47,906 nt of DNA from an uncultured Bdellovibrionales bacterium (GCA_964236345.1 CAXSEH010000001.1:1-47906); one strand, 5' to 3'. Numbered from the stretch's first letter, positions 10,000-20,024 are shown. Made by a program: numbers and translations. The notes: generated by a model not told the origin, from the sequence alone.

Positions 10000-11637
10000 A
10001 TGACGAAGTTTTTAAATTTTTTCAACCCTAAATCGACAGAGTTGACTAGACCTTTTGCCCTAGCGGCTTTAAGCGGCGTTTTAGTAGGAACTTCGTATAT
10101 TCCTTTCCCGGGTTGGGCCTTGTTTTTTTGTTACGCGCCACTTTGGCTTGCGGTTAGCGCCCTTCAGCTTGATTTAACCCGAATTAATTATAAAAAAATA
10201 TTTTTGCTCGGTTGGATGACGCAATTTATCTTTACGTTAATTGGCTTTAACTGGATTTTCTTTGTATCCAGCGAATTTGGACAGCTTCCATTCGTGCTTT
10301 CGGCGGGGGCCCTACTGCTGTTTGCGGGCTTGATGCATACTTACGTTCCCGTTTCGCTTTTGCTTGCTAGTTTCATTATTTCGCATTTTAAAATCACTCA
10401 TCGCCTTGTGCAACTGTTGCTTTATGCATTAACACTGGCGCTGCTCGAAAGAATTTGGCCTAGCATTTTCGAGTGGAATTTGGGTTATTCGCTATTGTGG
10501 ATGAAGTGGCCCCTGTACCAGTGGGCCGATACCGTTGGCTTCTGGGGTTTATCAACATGGCTTTTGGTGGCTCAGGCTTTTGTGACCTACGGATTCATTT
10601 TTTGGAAATCGAAACGAAAAAAAACATTTCAGATCGTGGGTTTCACGGCCGCACTGTTCATCGCACTTTCTTATGTCGGTACCTTAAAAGAAAAAACGTG
10701 GTCGCACTTCGATCAAACCTTAAAGTTTGGCGTCGTCCAGGGTAACGTCGGAAATGCGGATAAGGTGCAGTCCGAACAACAACGAAATTTTCAAAAGTAC
10801 ATCTTGAATTTATACGTGGATTTGACCGAAAAACATTTGCGCGAAAATCCTGAAACCGAAATCATGTTGTGGCCCGAGACGGCTATGCCCTTTGCCTTGG
10901 ATCAAAGTTTTTTAGAACGAACCGAGCAACGACAACTTCTCGATCAAATTACGCAGTGGAAGAAGCCCTTAGTCACCGGCGCCTATTCCGTTGATCCGCA
11001 AAAAAAAGATCATTTAGGCAATTGGTTGGTCAGCAACGCCGTTTTTTTTCTGGGGCCTAATTCAACCCCGCTTGCGGACACTTACGATAAAACCGACTTG
11101 TTAGTTTTCGGTGAGTATATGCCGCTGGGTCGACATTTTCCGTTTCTTTATAAGCTTTTACCCTTCGTCGGAAATTATAAGATTGGTCCCGGACCGTCGC
11201 TTCGGGAAGTTCAATTATCAGATAAAAAAATTCGCCTGGGTCCCCAAATCTGTTACGAGTCACTGAACCCAGGTTTTTCCCGAGGTCTTGCGACGGCGGG
11301 TGCGCAAATTATTTTTAATGTGACGAACGATTCTTGGTTTGGATGGTGGGCCGAGCCTTTCCAGCACCAAATCATGACGTTAGGACGCGCGATCGAAGTG
11401 CGAAGGCCCTTGTTGCGCTCGACGAATACCGGAATTTCATCCGTCATACTTGCGAACGGCCAAAGACTTCAAGACTCTCCAATCAATATGACGTGGTCAC
11501 ATACCTACGAGATCAGTTACTTAGAAAATCCGCCGCAAAGCCCTTACACAAAATGGGGCCATTTCGATTGGCTGCTTTGGGCCGCAATCGCGATCGCGCT
11601 TATTTATTACAATCGAAAGCAAGGAACGCATGTTTAA
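10000..11637 (+). CDS. lnt: Apolipoprotein N-acyltransferase
   Basis: N-terminal TM region; nitrilase-fold motifs WPETA, K..LLVFGEY, QICYE, TNDSWF, RSTNTGIS. Confidence 0.95.
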   Translation: MTKFLNFFNPKSTELTRPFALAALSGVLVGTSYIPFPGWALFFCYAPLWLAVSALQLDLTRINYKKIFLLGWMTQFIFTLIGFNWIFFVSSEFGQLPFVLSAGALLLFAGLMHTYVPVSLLLASFIISHFKITHRLVQLLLYALTLALLERIWPSIFEWNLGYSLLWMKWPLYQWADTVGFWGLSTWLLVAQAFVTYGFIFWKSKRKKTFQIVGFTAALFIALSYVGTLKEKTWSHFDQTLKFGVVQGNVGNADKVQSEQQRNFQKYILNLYVDLTEKHLRENPETEIMLWPETAMPFALDQSFLERTEQRQLLDQITQWKKPLVTGAYSVDPQKKDHLGNWLVSNAVFFLGPNSTPLADTYDKTDLLVFGEYMPLGRHFPFLYKLLPFVGNYKIGPGPSLREVQLSDKKIRLGPQICYESLNPGFSRGLATAGAQIIFNVTNDSWFGWWAEPFQHQIMTLGRAIEVRRPLLRSTNTGISSVILANGQRLQDSPINMTWSHTYEISYLENPPQSPYTKWGHFDWLLWAAIAIALIYYNRKQGTHV

Positions 11638-13966
11638 CATAAAAAATTTAGATTGGTTCGAAATTTTAGAAAAGCTAAAATCATTTTCAACTAGTGAAAG
11701 CGCCCGAAATATTATCAGCGAAACGAAACCCCTTCCTTCGGCCGATGCCGCGCTAAAAAGCTTCTACGAAATTGAGTGCGGTGCCGAGATCATTCAAAAT
11801 GGAATTCGACCGCACATGCAGAGTCTTGATTTATTTGAACTGTGGATTGGCCGCTTAAAAAAGAGGGCTCTGCTTAAAACTATCGAGTTAAAAGACATTC
11901 GGCATTTTTGTTTCGAAGTCGTTGCGCTTCACGAAGCTTTGAAGCTAAGCGCGACGACGTGGGCGCAAGAGCAGCTCGAGCAGTTGATGCAGGCCGAAGA
12001 GCCCCTTTCGGCGATCGACCAATTAATGACGCCATCAGGTGACATCCGCATGGACGCCTCGGAAAAACTTTTTCGACTTTCGAAAGAAAAAGAATCAACC
12101 GCCCGCCAAATCCAAAACCAAATGGACCGATTAGTGCACGATCATAAAATGGATAATATGCTTCAGGAAAAATACGTGACGACTCGTGAAGGCCGTTGGG
12201 TCATTCCGGTTAAGGGCGGTATGCAGCACTTCGTTCCGGGCGTGATTCATGGCAGTTCACAGACGAAGCAAACTGTCTTTATGGAGCCCGAAGTCGTTAT
12301 CCCCATGAATAACCGACTTCGGCAAATCGATTCCGAAATTGATGACGAAATCGAAAGGTTACTGGCCGAAATTTCGGAATACATGTCGACCCAAGCATCT
12401 GAGTTTGAAAAATCGAAAAAAGTTTTAGAAACCTGCGACGTTATATTTTGCAAGGCCCAGTTAACGAACTTGCTTGAAGCCAAGGCCTGCCAATTCGATA
12501 ACGATGTTTTACTGCTTCGGGATTTAGGTCACCCACTGCTTAAGCTTTCTTCCAAAAAAATTATTACGAACACCGTTCAGTTAAATAAAGATAAAAGTAT
12601 TTTAATCTTATCGGGCCCCAATGCCGGGGGAAAAACGGTTTTGTTGAAATCGATTGGGCTTGCATCGCAAATGGCTCGGTGTGGACTTCCCATCTGCTGC
12701 GCGGCCAATTCGAAATTACCATTTTTTATGGAACTAGTGACCGGTATTGGCGATTCGCAAAGTGTTGACGAAGACTTAAGTACCTTTGCCGCCCACTTGA
12801 AGATTCTGGATCAAGCATCACTACTTGAAGGCAAAGAAAATTTAATTCTCATCGATGAAATTTGCGGGTCAACGGATCCCGAAGAAGGAAGTGCGCTAGC
12901 ACGCGCCTTTATCGAAAAATATGCCAGCAACGGAGTATTCGCAATCATCACTTCGCATTTAAGCCCGCTCAAAATGGGGTGGAAAGAAACGGATCCAATT
13001 CTAAATGGAAGTTTAGAATACGATAGTAAATTGGGGAAACCGACTTACCACTTTTTATCAGGGGTGCCGGGGGAATCTTTGGCGATCCAAACCGCAAAGC
13101 GCGTCGGCGTTTCAATGGACATCGTCACTTCGGCTTTAGAAAAATTAACGCCCGAAGCGCGCGCCCGCCAAAATCAAATGTCGGAATTAGAAACTCTTAA
13201 AAAAGATATCGGATTGCTTCAAGAAAGTTTAAAGCAACAGATGAAACAGGCCGGAAAATTAAAAGAAGAGTATGAGCAAAAGCTTGAAGACTTTGATCGC
13301 GAGAAAGAAAACAAACTTACGCAAGCCTTAAAAAAAGCGACCACCAAGGTCGATGAGGCTTTGGCTAACGTTAGCGCGACCCAAGTTTTTGAAAAACACC
13401 GCCAGCTACAAGAAATTAAATTTAATCTTCCCGAAATTGTAAAGGCGAAACCCATCGTTAGCGGCGCGCCGACCCCCATCCAAAACGCCGAAGATTTCGG
13501 TCTAAAATTTCCAGCCGGTAGCAAAGTTTATGTTCCATCACTCAATCAGGATGGCGTCGTGCAATCGCAGCCAAATGCCAAGGGCGAAATCTTCGTGCTT
13601 TCTCAGTCGATCCGCTTACAACTTCACTGGACCGAACTAAAACCGGCCCAGAAGGCGCAAAATCCTACGGCCTCATTGGCCCGACGAAGTGGCCAGATTA
13701 ACGTGACGGTGCTTGATTCGGATCGCACCATTGATTTTCGTGGCAAGACCGTTGATGAAGCCATTTCTGAACTTGAAGTCACCTTAGATCGCGCCGCCGA
13801 ACAGGAAGAAGACCGATTAAAGATTATTCACGGCCACGGTACCGAATCTTTAAAAAAAGCGATTCGCACTTACCTTTCAAGATCTGTTTACGTCAAGAAG
13901 TGGAAGGCCGGTACCCCGACAACTGGCGGTGACGGCGTGACCTGGGTCGAATTAGGAAACGCTTAG
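11630..13966 (+). CDS. mutS2: Endonuclease MutS2
   Basis: SGPNAGGKT Walker A, STFAAH, DEICGSTDP, C-terminal Smr domain IIHGHGT. Confidence 0.95.
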   Translation: MFNIKNLDWFEILEKLKSFSTSESARNIISETKPLPSADAALKSFYEIECGAEIIQNGIRPHMQSLDLFELWIGRLKKRALLKTIELKDIRHFCFEVVALHEALKLSATTWAQEQLEQLMQAEEPLSAIDQLMTPSGDIRMDASEKLFRLSKEKESTARQIQNQMDRLVHDHKMDNMLQEKYVTTREGRWVIPVKGGMQHFVPGVIHGSSQTKQTVFMEPEVVIPMNNRLRQIDSEIDDEIERLLAEISEYMSTQASEFEKSKKVLETCDVIFCKAQLTNLLEAKACQFDNDVLLLRDLGHPLLKLSSKKIITNTVQLNKDKSILILSGPNAGGKTVLLKSIGLASQMARCGLPICCAANSKLPFFMELVTGIGDSQSVDEDLSTFAAHLKILDQASLLEGKENLILIDEICGSTDPEEGSALARAFIEKYASNGVFAIITSHLSPLKMGWKETDPILNGSLEYDSKLGKPTYHFLSGVPGESLAIQTAKRVGVSMDIVTSALEKLTPEARARQNQMSELETLKKDIGLLQESLKQQMKQAGKLKEEYEQKLEDFDREKENKLTQALKKATTKVDEALANVSATQVFEKHRQLQEIKFNLPEIVKAKPIVSGAPTPIQNAEDFGLKFPAGSKVYVPSLNQDGVVQSQPNAKGEIFVLSQSIRLQLHWTELKPAQKAQNPTASLARRSGQINVTVLDSDRTIDFRGKTVDEAISELEVTLDRAAEQEEDRLKIIHGHGTESLKKAIRTYLSRSVYVKKWKAGTPTTGGDGVTWVELGNA

Positions 13967-14037
13967 GGAAAATAACGTCGCCCCGATCTGAAACGGGCGG
14001 CTAAAGTTTTTTCATAAGTCGCGTTGAATGTGACAGC

Positions 14038-14084
14038 GTCCTAGATTGAAACTGACTATGCCTACCATAGTTTCAATCTAAGAC
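14038..14084. promoter_or_regulatory. Paired palindromic sites (putative enhancer/activator sites) upstream of a sigma54 promoter
   Basis: GTCCTA-gat-TGAAAC and GTTTCA-atc-TAAGAC; together they form a 12-bp inverted repeat TAGATTGAAACT...AGTTTCAATCTA. Confidence 0.5.
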
Positions 14085-14132
14085 GATCATGACAAATCTA
14101 CCGTCTTCGGCGAAAAATCTCATTGTGAGTTA

Positions 14133-14148
14133 TGGCTACTTGATTGCA
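14133..14148 (+). promoter_or_regulatory. sigma54 (-24/-12) promoter
   Basis: TGGCTACTTGATTGCA, exact GG-N10-GC spacing, upstream of the 14187 lipoprotein gene. Confidence 0.7.
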
Positions 14149-14186
14149 ACTCCCTTTATTAGAAGCCGACTAACCGGGGAGATTTT

Positions 14187-14888
14187 ATGAAAACTGAAAT
14201 GATCATTTACTCAAAGACATTACAACTTGCAATGATCGCGATGAGTTTAGCTTTTCTAGCTTCTTGCGGAACTTCTAAGTCAAACCCAACTAATAACACA
14301 TCGACTACTTTCGATTACCTGTCGGCGAAACCGTTAGCGTCTTGTAACAAAACGAAAGACGATAACTTTTCGATTAACACTTCGGGCGCAACCGACACCA
14401 CTTCGGGCCAAATGAGTACCGAGTGGATTAAATTGAAATTTAATTTCTTATCATCAACGGCGACCGCATCAGGAAATACGATCAAATTTTTTAAATGGCG
14501 CGTGGTCGGCACGGGCACCGAGTTAGATAGCACGCCTTTAAATTTTGCGAAGTACAACATCGGCACGGGCCAAACCATGGGGTCGAGCGTGTCGGCCATG
14601 AGCACTGCCGAAATGTCATCAAGTAATGGTCTCTACATTCAGTTAAACGATCCTAATTTACAGTTTCAAGTATTAAAAGCGGTGGTTTACGATTCTGCCG
14701 GAAAAATCGTGGCCCAAGTTAATACTTTAATACCGGGTTTTTACGCTAGTCCGCTCGATTACAAATATAACTCTGACGGAACTCCCCGCGCTGACATCTT
14801 ACAAAAGATGCACGCCCTAAACGCCACCGATGTTTCCGGGTGGACGCAGCTGCAGATTCAGCAATACTTTTCTCAATATTGTTTTTAA
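14187..14888 (+). CDS. Hypothetical lipoprotein
   Basis: Lipobox LASC; RBS GGGGAG; 233 aa. Confidence 0.75.
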   Translation: MKTEMIIYSKTLQLAMIAMSLAFLASCGTSKSNPTNNTSTTFDYLSAKPLASCNKTKDDNFSINTSGATDTTSGQMSTEWIKLKFNFLSSTATASGNTIKFFKWRVVGTGTELDSTPLNFAKYNIGTGQTMGSSVSAMSTAEMSSSNGLYIQLNDPNLQFQVLKAVVYDSAGKIVAQVNTLIPGFYASPLDYKYNSDGTPRADILQKMHALNATDVSGWTQLQIQQYFSQYCF

Positions 14889-14902
14889 TCTCACTTCTTA
14901 AG

Positions 14903-15850
14903 TTAGTGGCTTGATTCGGTCGCCACTTCTTCAGCTTCTAAATTTTCGCCTTGGCGGTACCGATCAATCAATGAGATATCGCTGCTAGGAAATGAAAACA
15001 GTAACGAATTCACCTGAGATTCAGAATCCTCTTCGGTCACCACAATGTAATGTAAATCCTCGATATTCATCTCTGAAAACTCTTTAATGAAAGTCACTAA
15101 GACATGTCCTTCGGTGTCGACCTTGCGCCAAATCTCGTCCGGTGAATCGATGGTTGATTCACGGCATTCGGCGAACTCTTGAAAACGGTCCGTCGCGATA
15201 TCTTTTTCACCACGAATTTTTAGCATCGATTCCAATAAACCGATTGCCAAGTAATCTCCTTCAAGTAAAGAGTCACCGTCGATCGCCGCGAACTGTATTG
15301 CTTCAAGTTTGCGGTGAAATATAATTTCGGTTTCACGAAAGGCTTCGAGCATTTTTAAATCTTTGGTCGGAAAGTGAATGAACACGAAGGTCGGATGGCT
15401 GTCTTCCGTGTTTATATAGACGACCGCGACGTATTGAAAGATCTGTTGTTTCGTTTCAAAAGTTTTGATGAAAGTGTGGACCACGAGGTCTTCGAAGGTC
15501 GTGTCATCAATCCAGATTTCGTCGGGATCATCAAGGGTATCATCTAGAAATGGCTCCATCTCGATTTGTTCGGCCAATGTGAAATCGATTTTTTCGTCAT
15601 AAAGTTTTTGAAACTTAGCTTCAACTTCTTTGATTGGTAATGAAAAATAACCGAAAAGAGTTTTGTCGTTTTCAAAAATCAGCCCCTGCTTTTCGTCGAT
15701 AACGATTAATTCTTTTTCTTGAACTTTCTTGGTCGCTTTATGAGCCTGCGCTTTACGCTTGCTGGACACCGTTTTCTTCACTTTGATTTTAATATTTTTC
15801 GATTTTTTAATTTTTAATTTTTTGTTTAATTTTGTAGCAACTTTACTCAC
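14903..15850 (-). CDS. Hypothetical protein with Lys-rich N-terminal tail and a tandemly duplicated domain (PBECR2-like fold suspected)
   Basis: Repeats TLDDPDEIW...TFIK and TIDSPDEIW...TFIK; GTG start with RBS GGGGAG. Confidence 0.65.
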   Translation of the reverse strand: MSKVATKLNKKLKIKKSKNIKIKVKKTVSSKRKAQAHKATKKVQEKELIVIDEKQGLIFENDKTLFGYFSLPIKEVEAKFQKLYDEKIDFTLAEQIEMEPFLDDTLDDPDEIWIDDTTFEDLVVHTFIKTFETKQQIFQYVAVVYINTEDSHPTFVFIHFPTKDLKMLEAFRETEIIFHRKLEAIQFAAIDGDSLLEGDYLAIGLLESMLKIRGEKDIATDRFQEFAECRESTIDSPDEIWRKVDTEGHVLVTFIKEFSEMNIEDLHYIVVTEEDSESQVNSLLFSFPSSDISLIDRYRQGENLEAEEVATESSH

Positions 15851-15986
15851 GATGGTCTCCCCTGCTGAAATAGTGGCTGGCTAAACCCTATCACACCCAT
15901 TTCAATCTTAAAGACTAAACGAGTCATTCGGGCCGAGTCATTGCAAAACCGAACGGGTTCTATACGCTTACTTGAGAGGAAAGCCA

Positions 15987-16316
15987 TTGTCGAAAGTTGA
16001 AGTTTACCTAAATGAAAACCAGGTCAACAACCTGAAATCCATTTTGACTCAGTCAGAGCAAGGTATCCATGTGCTTTTCGAGAACGCCCTCATCGCCGAG
16101 GTTTTTCAAAAACCTTATTCCGAAGATGAATTTTTTGAAGTCGATAACCTGAAGAGAATTCAAGAAGATATTCTGAAACTTTTGCAGATCAAGTCTTTGC
16201 AGGATAAAAAAGCCTTTATTTACTCGCTGGATAAAGAGTCACGGCACCGGGTCGTCAGGGCCTACTTCTACATGATCGAGAACAACCTTCGATCGAATCA
16301 AAAAAGACCACATTAA
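15987..16316 (+). CDS. Hypothetical protein
   Basis: TTG start after RBS GAGAGGA; helical ~109 aa protein. Confidence 0.7.
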   Translation: MSKVEVYLNENQVNNLKSILTQSEQGIHVLFENALIAEVFQKPYSEDEFFEVDNLKRIQEDILKLLQIKSLQDKKAFIYSLDKESRHRVVRAYFYMIENNLRSNQKRPH

Positions 16317-16507
16317 TTCGAATCACCTTTTTTCGAAAAACCTTTAGACAGAAACGAAAACATTCTTGAATCCTGCGACGAAGTTACGAATCTTGTCGAA
16401 CTATTCGCATCCTATTTTGAAATTAGACACGCAAACTTGGAAATTTTTTCCGGCTTCGGATATTCTGTTCTTAGCTTATCTAACAACACCATAAGCATGA
16501 GGCAAGT

Positions 16508-17674
16508 ATGTTGAAGGAAACAAAAACACTTTTGAAATTAACGGCGGCGACGGTTCTGATTTCATCTTGCGGAATTAAGATGGCATCGACTCTCGCAGAA
16601 AATATCCAACAGGAAAATACATCCGGCGGACTTTCTGCCCTTGGGGTCAACCTGAACTTGTATCCCGCAAATAAAATGGTCTGCGATCCTTTATCTGGTG
16701 GGCAAACCACCCAGACGAATTACACGAAGGGGATCAAGGCTTCGCTACACTACTTAGAAGCTGATTCTCCGCGACTTTATAAATCGACGGACTATGTCGA
16801 TTTCGCCAAAAAATCGGATCAAAATATATTCCTTTCCGACATGAATGTTCCAACCCGAATGTTCACCGAAGGCTTCGCACCAAAAATCGGTTCCACCTTA
16901 AATAATGACGGTGGTCAAAAATTAATAGAATACTTTGGTTTGAAAATGCAGACCAATATTGTGCTTGCGGATGGAGATGAAGAAGGTCTTTACGAACTTG
17001 CGCTGCTTTCGGATGACGGTACTACGCTAAAAATAAAATCCGGTTCGGCGGATGTTGAAGATGAAGTGCTTATCAGTAACGACGGCGACCACCCGACCCA
17101 AATGGGCTGCGCCACACGAACCGTGAAAATGCGAAGAAATGTTATGTTACCAGTCGAAGTTACTTTTTACCAAGGTCCGCGCTACCACATCGCAAATGTT
17201 TTAATTTGGAGAAAAGCTTCCGAAGCCGGTAAGGATGCCTTATGTAATCGTCAAGGCAACGAGCTCTTCTTTAACCCGAACAACAATTCAGTCGCGGCGC
17301 AAGGTTTTACGGACCTAACCTCGCGTGGCTGGAAAGTTTTAATACCGGATAACTTTATGATGGCGCAAACAGATTACAACCCGTGCGTAAAAGGTACTGA
17401 CCCGGTCATTTCTAATTTTGAGTTGGGCGAAGTTATTTTAACGAACGTATCTTTATCTTGGAACACCGATATTGAAGCGACGTCGCAAGTACAGTTGACG
17501 AACACGACCACGAATGAAGTCACGATAACGGATTCCGATAATTTGCTTCGAACATCGCACCAGATTACGCTTCGACAATTGCAACCGGGAACGATCTATA
17601 AGGTGAAGGCCATCAGCGTGTCAGCAGACCTTGGTCGAAGCCTGAGCGAAGAACTTACTTTTCAAACACAATAA
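16508..17674 (+). CDS. Lipoprotein with PA14-like domain and C-terminal fibronectin type III-like domain
   Basis: Lipobox ISSC; YELALLSDDG and NDGDH PA14-like motifs; LSWNT...LQPGTIYKV FN3 pattern. Confidence 0.7.
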   Translation: MLKETKTLLKLTAATVLISSCGIKMASTLAENIQQENTSGGLSALGVNLNLYPANKMVCDPLSGGQTTQTNYTKGIKASLHYLEADSPRLYKSTDYVDFAKKSDQNIFLSDMNVPTRMFTEGFAPKIGSTLNNDGGQKLIEYFGLKMQTNIVLADGDEEGLYELALLSDDGTTLKIKSGSADVEDEVLISNDGDHPTQMGCATRTVKMRRNVMLPVEVTFYQGPRYHIANVLIWRKASEAGKDALCNRQGNELFFNPNNNSVAAQGFTDLTSRGWKVLIPDNFMMAQTDYNPCVKGTDPVISNFELGEVILTNVSLSWNTDIEATSQVQLTNTTTNEVTITDSDNLLRTSHQITLRQLQPGTIYKVKAISVSADLGRSLSEELTFQTQ

Positions 17675-17682
17675 ACCGATAA
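17656..17682 (+). promoter_or_regulatory. Possible FliA-type promoter
   Basis: TACT-N15-ACCGATAA just upstream of the 17693 ORF. Confidence 0.45.
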
Positions 17683-17692
17683 GCCCCTATCA

Positions 17693-17992
17693 ATGAAAAA
17701 ATGGTGGGGCTTAGCTTTAATTCTTTTAATCAATCAATCCGGCCATGCCGAATACCGCGCCTTCATGCTTCACCTGACCAATTCGAAAACCAAAGTGGTT
17801 AGGCAAATGCTTTCCACTTTAGATCCAGAACAATACCGCACCCTGTATCCCCTGGGTCCCGATGAATCCATCACATACGTTCAGACATGGCGCTGTTTCG
17901 GGCGAACCGATTCGTTTCGTACTATCTGTTCAAAGCCCGACAAAAAACCAGCACGGGGCCTAAGCGAAGGCCCAGAATCCAAGCCTAAATAA
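17693..17992 (+). CDS. Small secreted hypothetical protein
   Basis: Signal peptide (GHA|EY), two Cys. Confidence 0.65.
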   Translation: MKKWWGLALILLINQSGHAEYRAFMLHLTNSKTKVVRQMLSTLDPEQYRTLYPLGPDESITYVQTWRCFGRTDSFRTICSKPDKKPARGLSEGPESKPK

Positions 17993-18047
17993 TTTTTTTA
18001 AACAAACCGTGTATTGATTTGATACATTTTAGCGATACAATTTAGAC

Positions 18048-18788
18048 ATGGCTGAATCAATCAACAATCGCAAAGTGCAACAAACGTCTTATCTACGTGA
18101 AGTCCAACAAGAAAAAGCGGCGCGAAAGCGCGATCTAGCTTCGCAGCAGCAACAAGATTTATTAGATCTTCGACAATACTATGTGGACGAAAATAAAAAA
18201 GTTGATCAGCAGTCTGCGGACACGGTTAATCACATCCGTAGTGAGACCAAAGAAATGATTCAGCAATATGCCGACGATAAAAGACAGCAACAGGAAGACG
18301 TAAAAACCTTGCAGACGCAGCAACGCGAAGCCCGAATGGATGCCGCCGCTGGTGATTCGGCTCACGCCGCAAACGCTGATGAAAAAACAACTTACAATCG
18401 CCAGGGCCTAAAAAGATCAAGCGTGCAAAATCACGAAGCAAATAAAGACTCAGACGACTTTTACAAAGTGCAAAACCGTGGAAGTCGCGTCGCCGAAAAA
18501 AACGATCACTATGTCATTGAAGCCTACGCTCCCGAGCATGAAAAAGATAACATTCGGGTCTCGGTTCACCGGGACAAAGCCGTGGTATCGGGTAAAAGAA
18601 AATTCGGGGATTCAGTTGAAGACGGAAACAAGAAAATGAGCACCAACAATTTTCAGACGTTTCGGGAAGAATTCAAATTCAATCGTCCGGTCAGCAATGA
18701 AGGCATGACGCGAGAACGATTCGGTGATTATGTTAGATTTACAATTCCAAAATTAGAATCAGTTGATACGCCCGACGAAAATTCGTAA
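18048..18788 (+). CDS. Hsp20/alpha-crystallin domain protein with long N-terminal coiled coil
   Basis: C-terminal YVIEAYAP...IRVSV...VVSGKR...FREEFKF...FTIPK alpha-crystallin pattern. Confidence 0.7.
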   Translation: MAESINNRKVQQTSYLREVQQEKAARKRDLASQQQQDLLDLRQYYVDENKKVDQQSADTVNHIRSETKEMIQQYADDKRQQQEDVKTLQTQQREARMDAAAGDSAHAANADEKTTYNRQGLKRSSVQNHEANKDSDDFYKVQNRGSRVAEKNDHYVIEAYAPEHEKDNIRVSVHRDKAVVSGKRKFGDSVEDGNKKMSTNNFQTFREEFKFNRPVSNEGMTRERFGDYVRFTIPKLESVDTPDENS

Positions 18789-18802
18789 TCGGGCTTTCGC
18801 GA

Positions 18803-19048
18803 CTACTTCACGATCTCGTTGAAGATTTCTTTGATCATAAATTGCTTGCGGCCGATCATCTCATCAAGCTGTCCGATTTGGGCGTGAATTTGCTCAACCA
18901 AATTGAGGCGGATCGATGTCTGATCAGCCATTTCTTGGTAAACGATAACTTCGTTAAACTGAAGATGGCCCGTGGCTAAATCTTCATTTGATGAATTGAT
19001 TTCAACAATTTGTTTTTGCGGAGTTAAATTTTTCATATGCTCACCCAT
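18803..19048 (-). CDS. Small hypothetical coiled-coil protein
   Basis: 81 aa ORF directly downstream of the matrixin gene. Confidence 0.55.
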   Translation of the reverse strand: MGEHMKNLTPQKQIVEINSSNEDLATGHLQFNEVIVYQEMADQTSIRLNLVEQIHAQIGQLDEMIGRKQFMIKEIFNEIVK

Positions 19049-19084
19049 CTTTTTATAACTTTAAAAAACTAAACTATTACAAAA

Positions 19085-19744
19085 CTATTTATACTCGCAC
19101 GTAACCGCTTCTTGATCTGCTCCCACAAGCTGGGTGCGATTCACAAAAGCCGCTAAGTGCGTTGCCATCACGGTGCCTTCGCGATGTTTCAGTCCGAGGA
19201 AGTGTCCCATTTCGTGAAGCATTAAGGCTTCGAAACTGTAACCGTCCGTCACCGTTCGCCCCTGCTGCTTCAGTCGGGCCGAACCCGTTAGGAGCTGCGA
19301 ATTTTGATCATAGTAGCTAAAGTCAGCTGCGTTGATGCGAATGTCGGCTTCTTGGATTTCGTCGCCAGCCCAGTAGACAGATGTGCGGCCCTGCTCAGAA
19401 GTTTTATCTGACTCCCAATCTGGTAGAAAGTAAATAGTGTTTTTTTGATCGCGTGCGGGAAAGCTTCCAAGCTGTGAAGAATCTTCAGAGATTTCAAAGA
19501 CTTTCTTTCCGATTTGGCCGTCCCACGTTGCCGCAGCTCGGTAAATGGCCGGGCGCAGTTCGCTCGGAACGGAAGAATGAATATAAAGTTTAACCGGCGA
19601 TTTCGCTTTCCACGAAATTCTTTGGCCGTAGATGTTTTGAACAAAGCCACAATCATTTTGGGGCTTCGGTGAACACGACGATAGGAAAGCCGCCGCACCT
19701 AATAAGACCGAAGTCAGAATGTTTCTAAAGTGTTTGTTCATCAC
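19085..19744 (-). CDS. Matrixin-family (M10-like) zinc metalloprotease lipoprotein
   Basis: HEMGHFLGLKH zinc motif followed by Met-turn VM; lipobox LSSC. Confidence 0.88.
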   Translation of the reverse strand: MMNKHFRNILTSVLLGAAAFLSSCSPKPQNDCGFVQNIYGQRISWKAKSPVKLYIHSSVPSELRPAIYRAAATWDGQIGKKVFEISEDSSQLGSFPARDQKNTIYFLPDWESDKTSEQGRTSVYWAGDEIQEADIRINAADFSYYDQNSQLLTGSARLKQQGRTVTDGYSFEALMLHEMGHFLGLKHREGTVMATHLAAFVNRTQLVGADQEAVTCEYK

Positions 19745-19998
19745 AGGAATTGATTTTTCAAAAATTTGACCAGTTATTCGACACCAAATTCGAATAGGTT
19801 CGCGTTGAGCGCCCCGTTCTGAGGCAGTTAAAAAATAATGACGTGCAACGCCGCCACCGTGTCAAAGAATTGATTATACGAGCTATTAGAACCACTCGAG
19901 AGATGTTTCGCCTCCATTTGTTCCCGAAATTGAAAAGTTTATGGAACCATGCTGACCCCAGCCTCCCTAACCTCTCGGAAAGTCTAGTGAATCAGGTT

Positions 19999-20014
19999 TG
20001 GCAAGGCCCTTGCT
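19999..20014 (+). promoter_or_regulatory. sigma54 (-24/-12) promoter
   Basis: TGGCAAGGCCCTTGCT closely matches TGGCAC-N5-TTGCW; GG at 20000-20001, GC at 20012-20013. Confidence 0.75.
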
Positions 20015-20024
20015 ATAGTATCAA

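Noticed and set aside
13977-14001. Another copy of the palindromic motif (GCCCCG-atc-TGAAAC)
   Set aside because: Better explained as part of a GC hairpin after the mutS2 stop; only one half-site matches.
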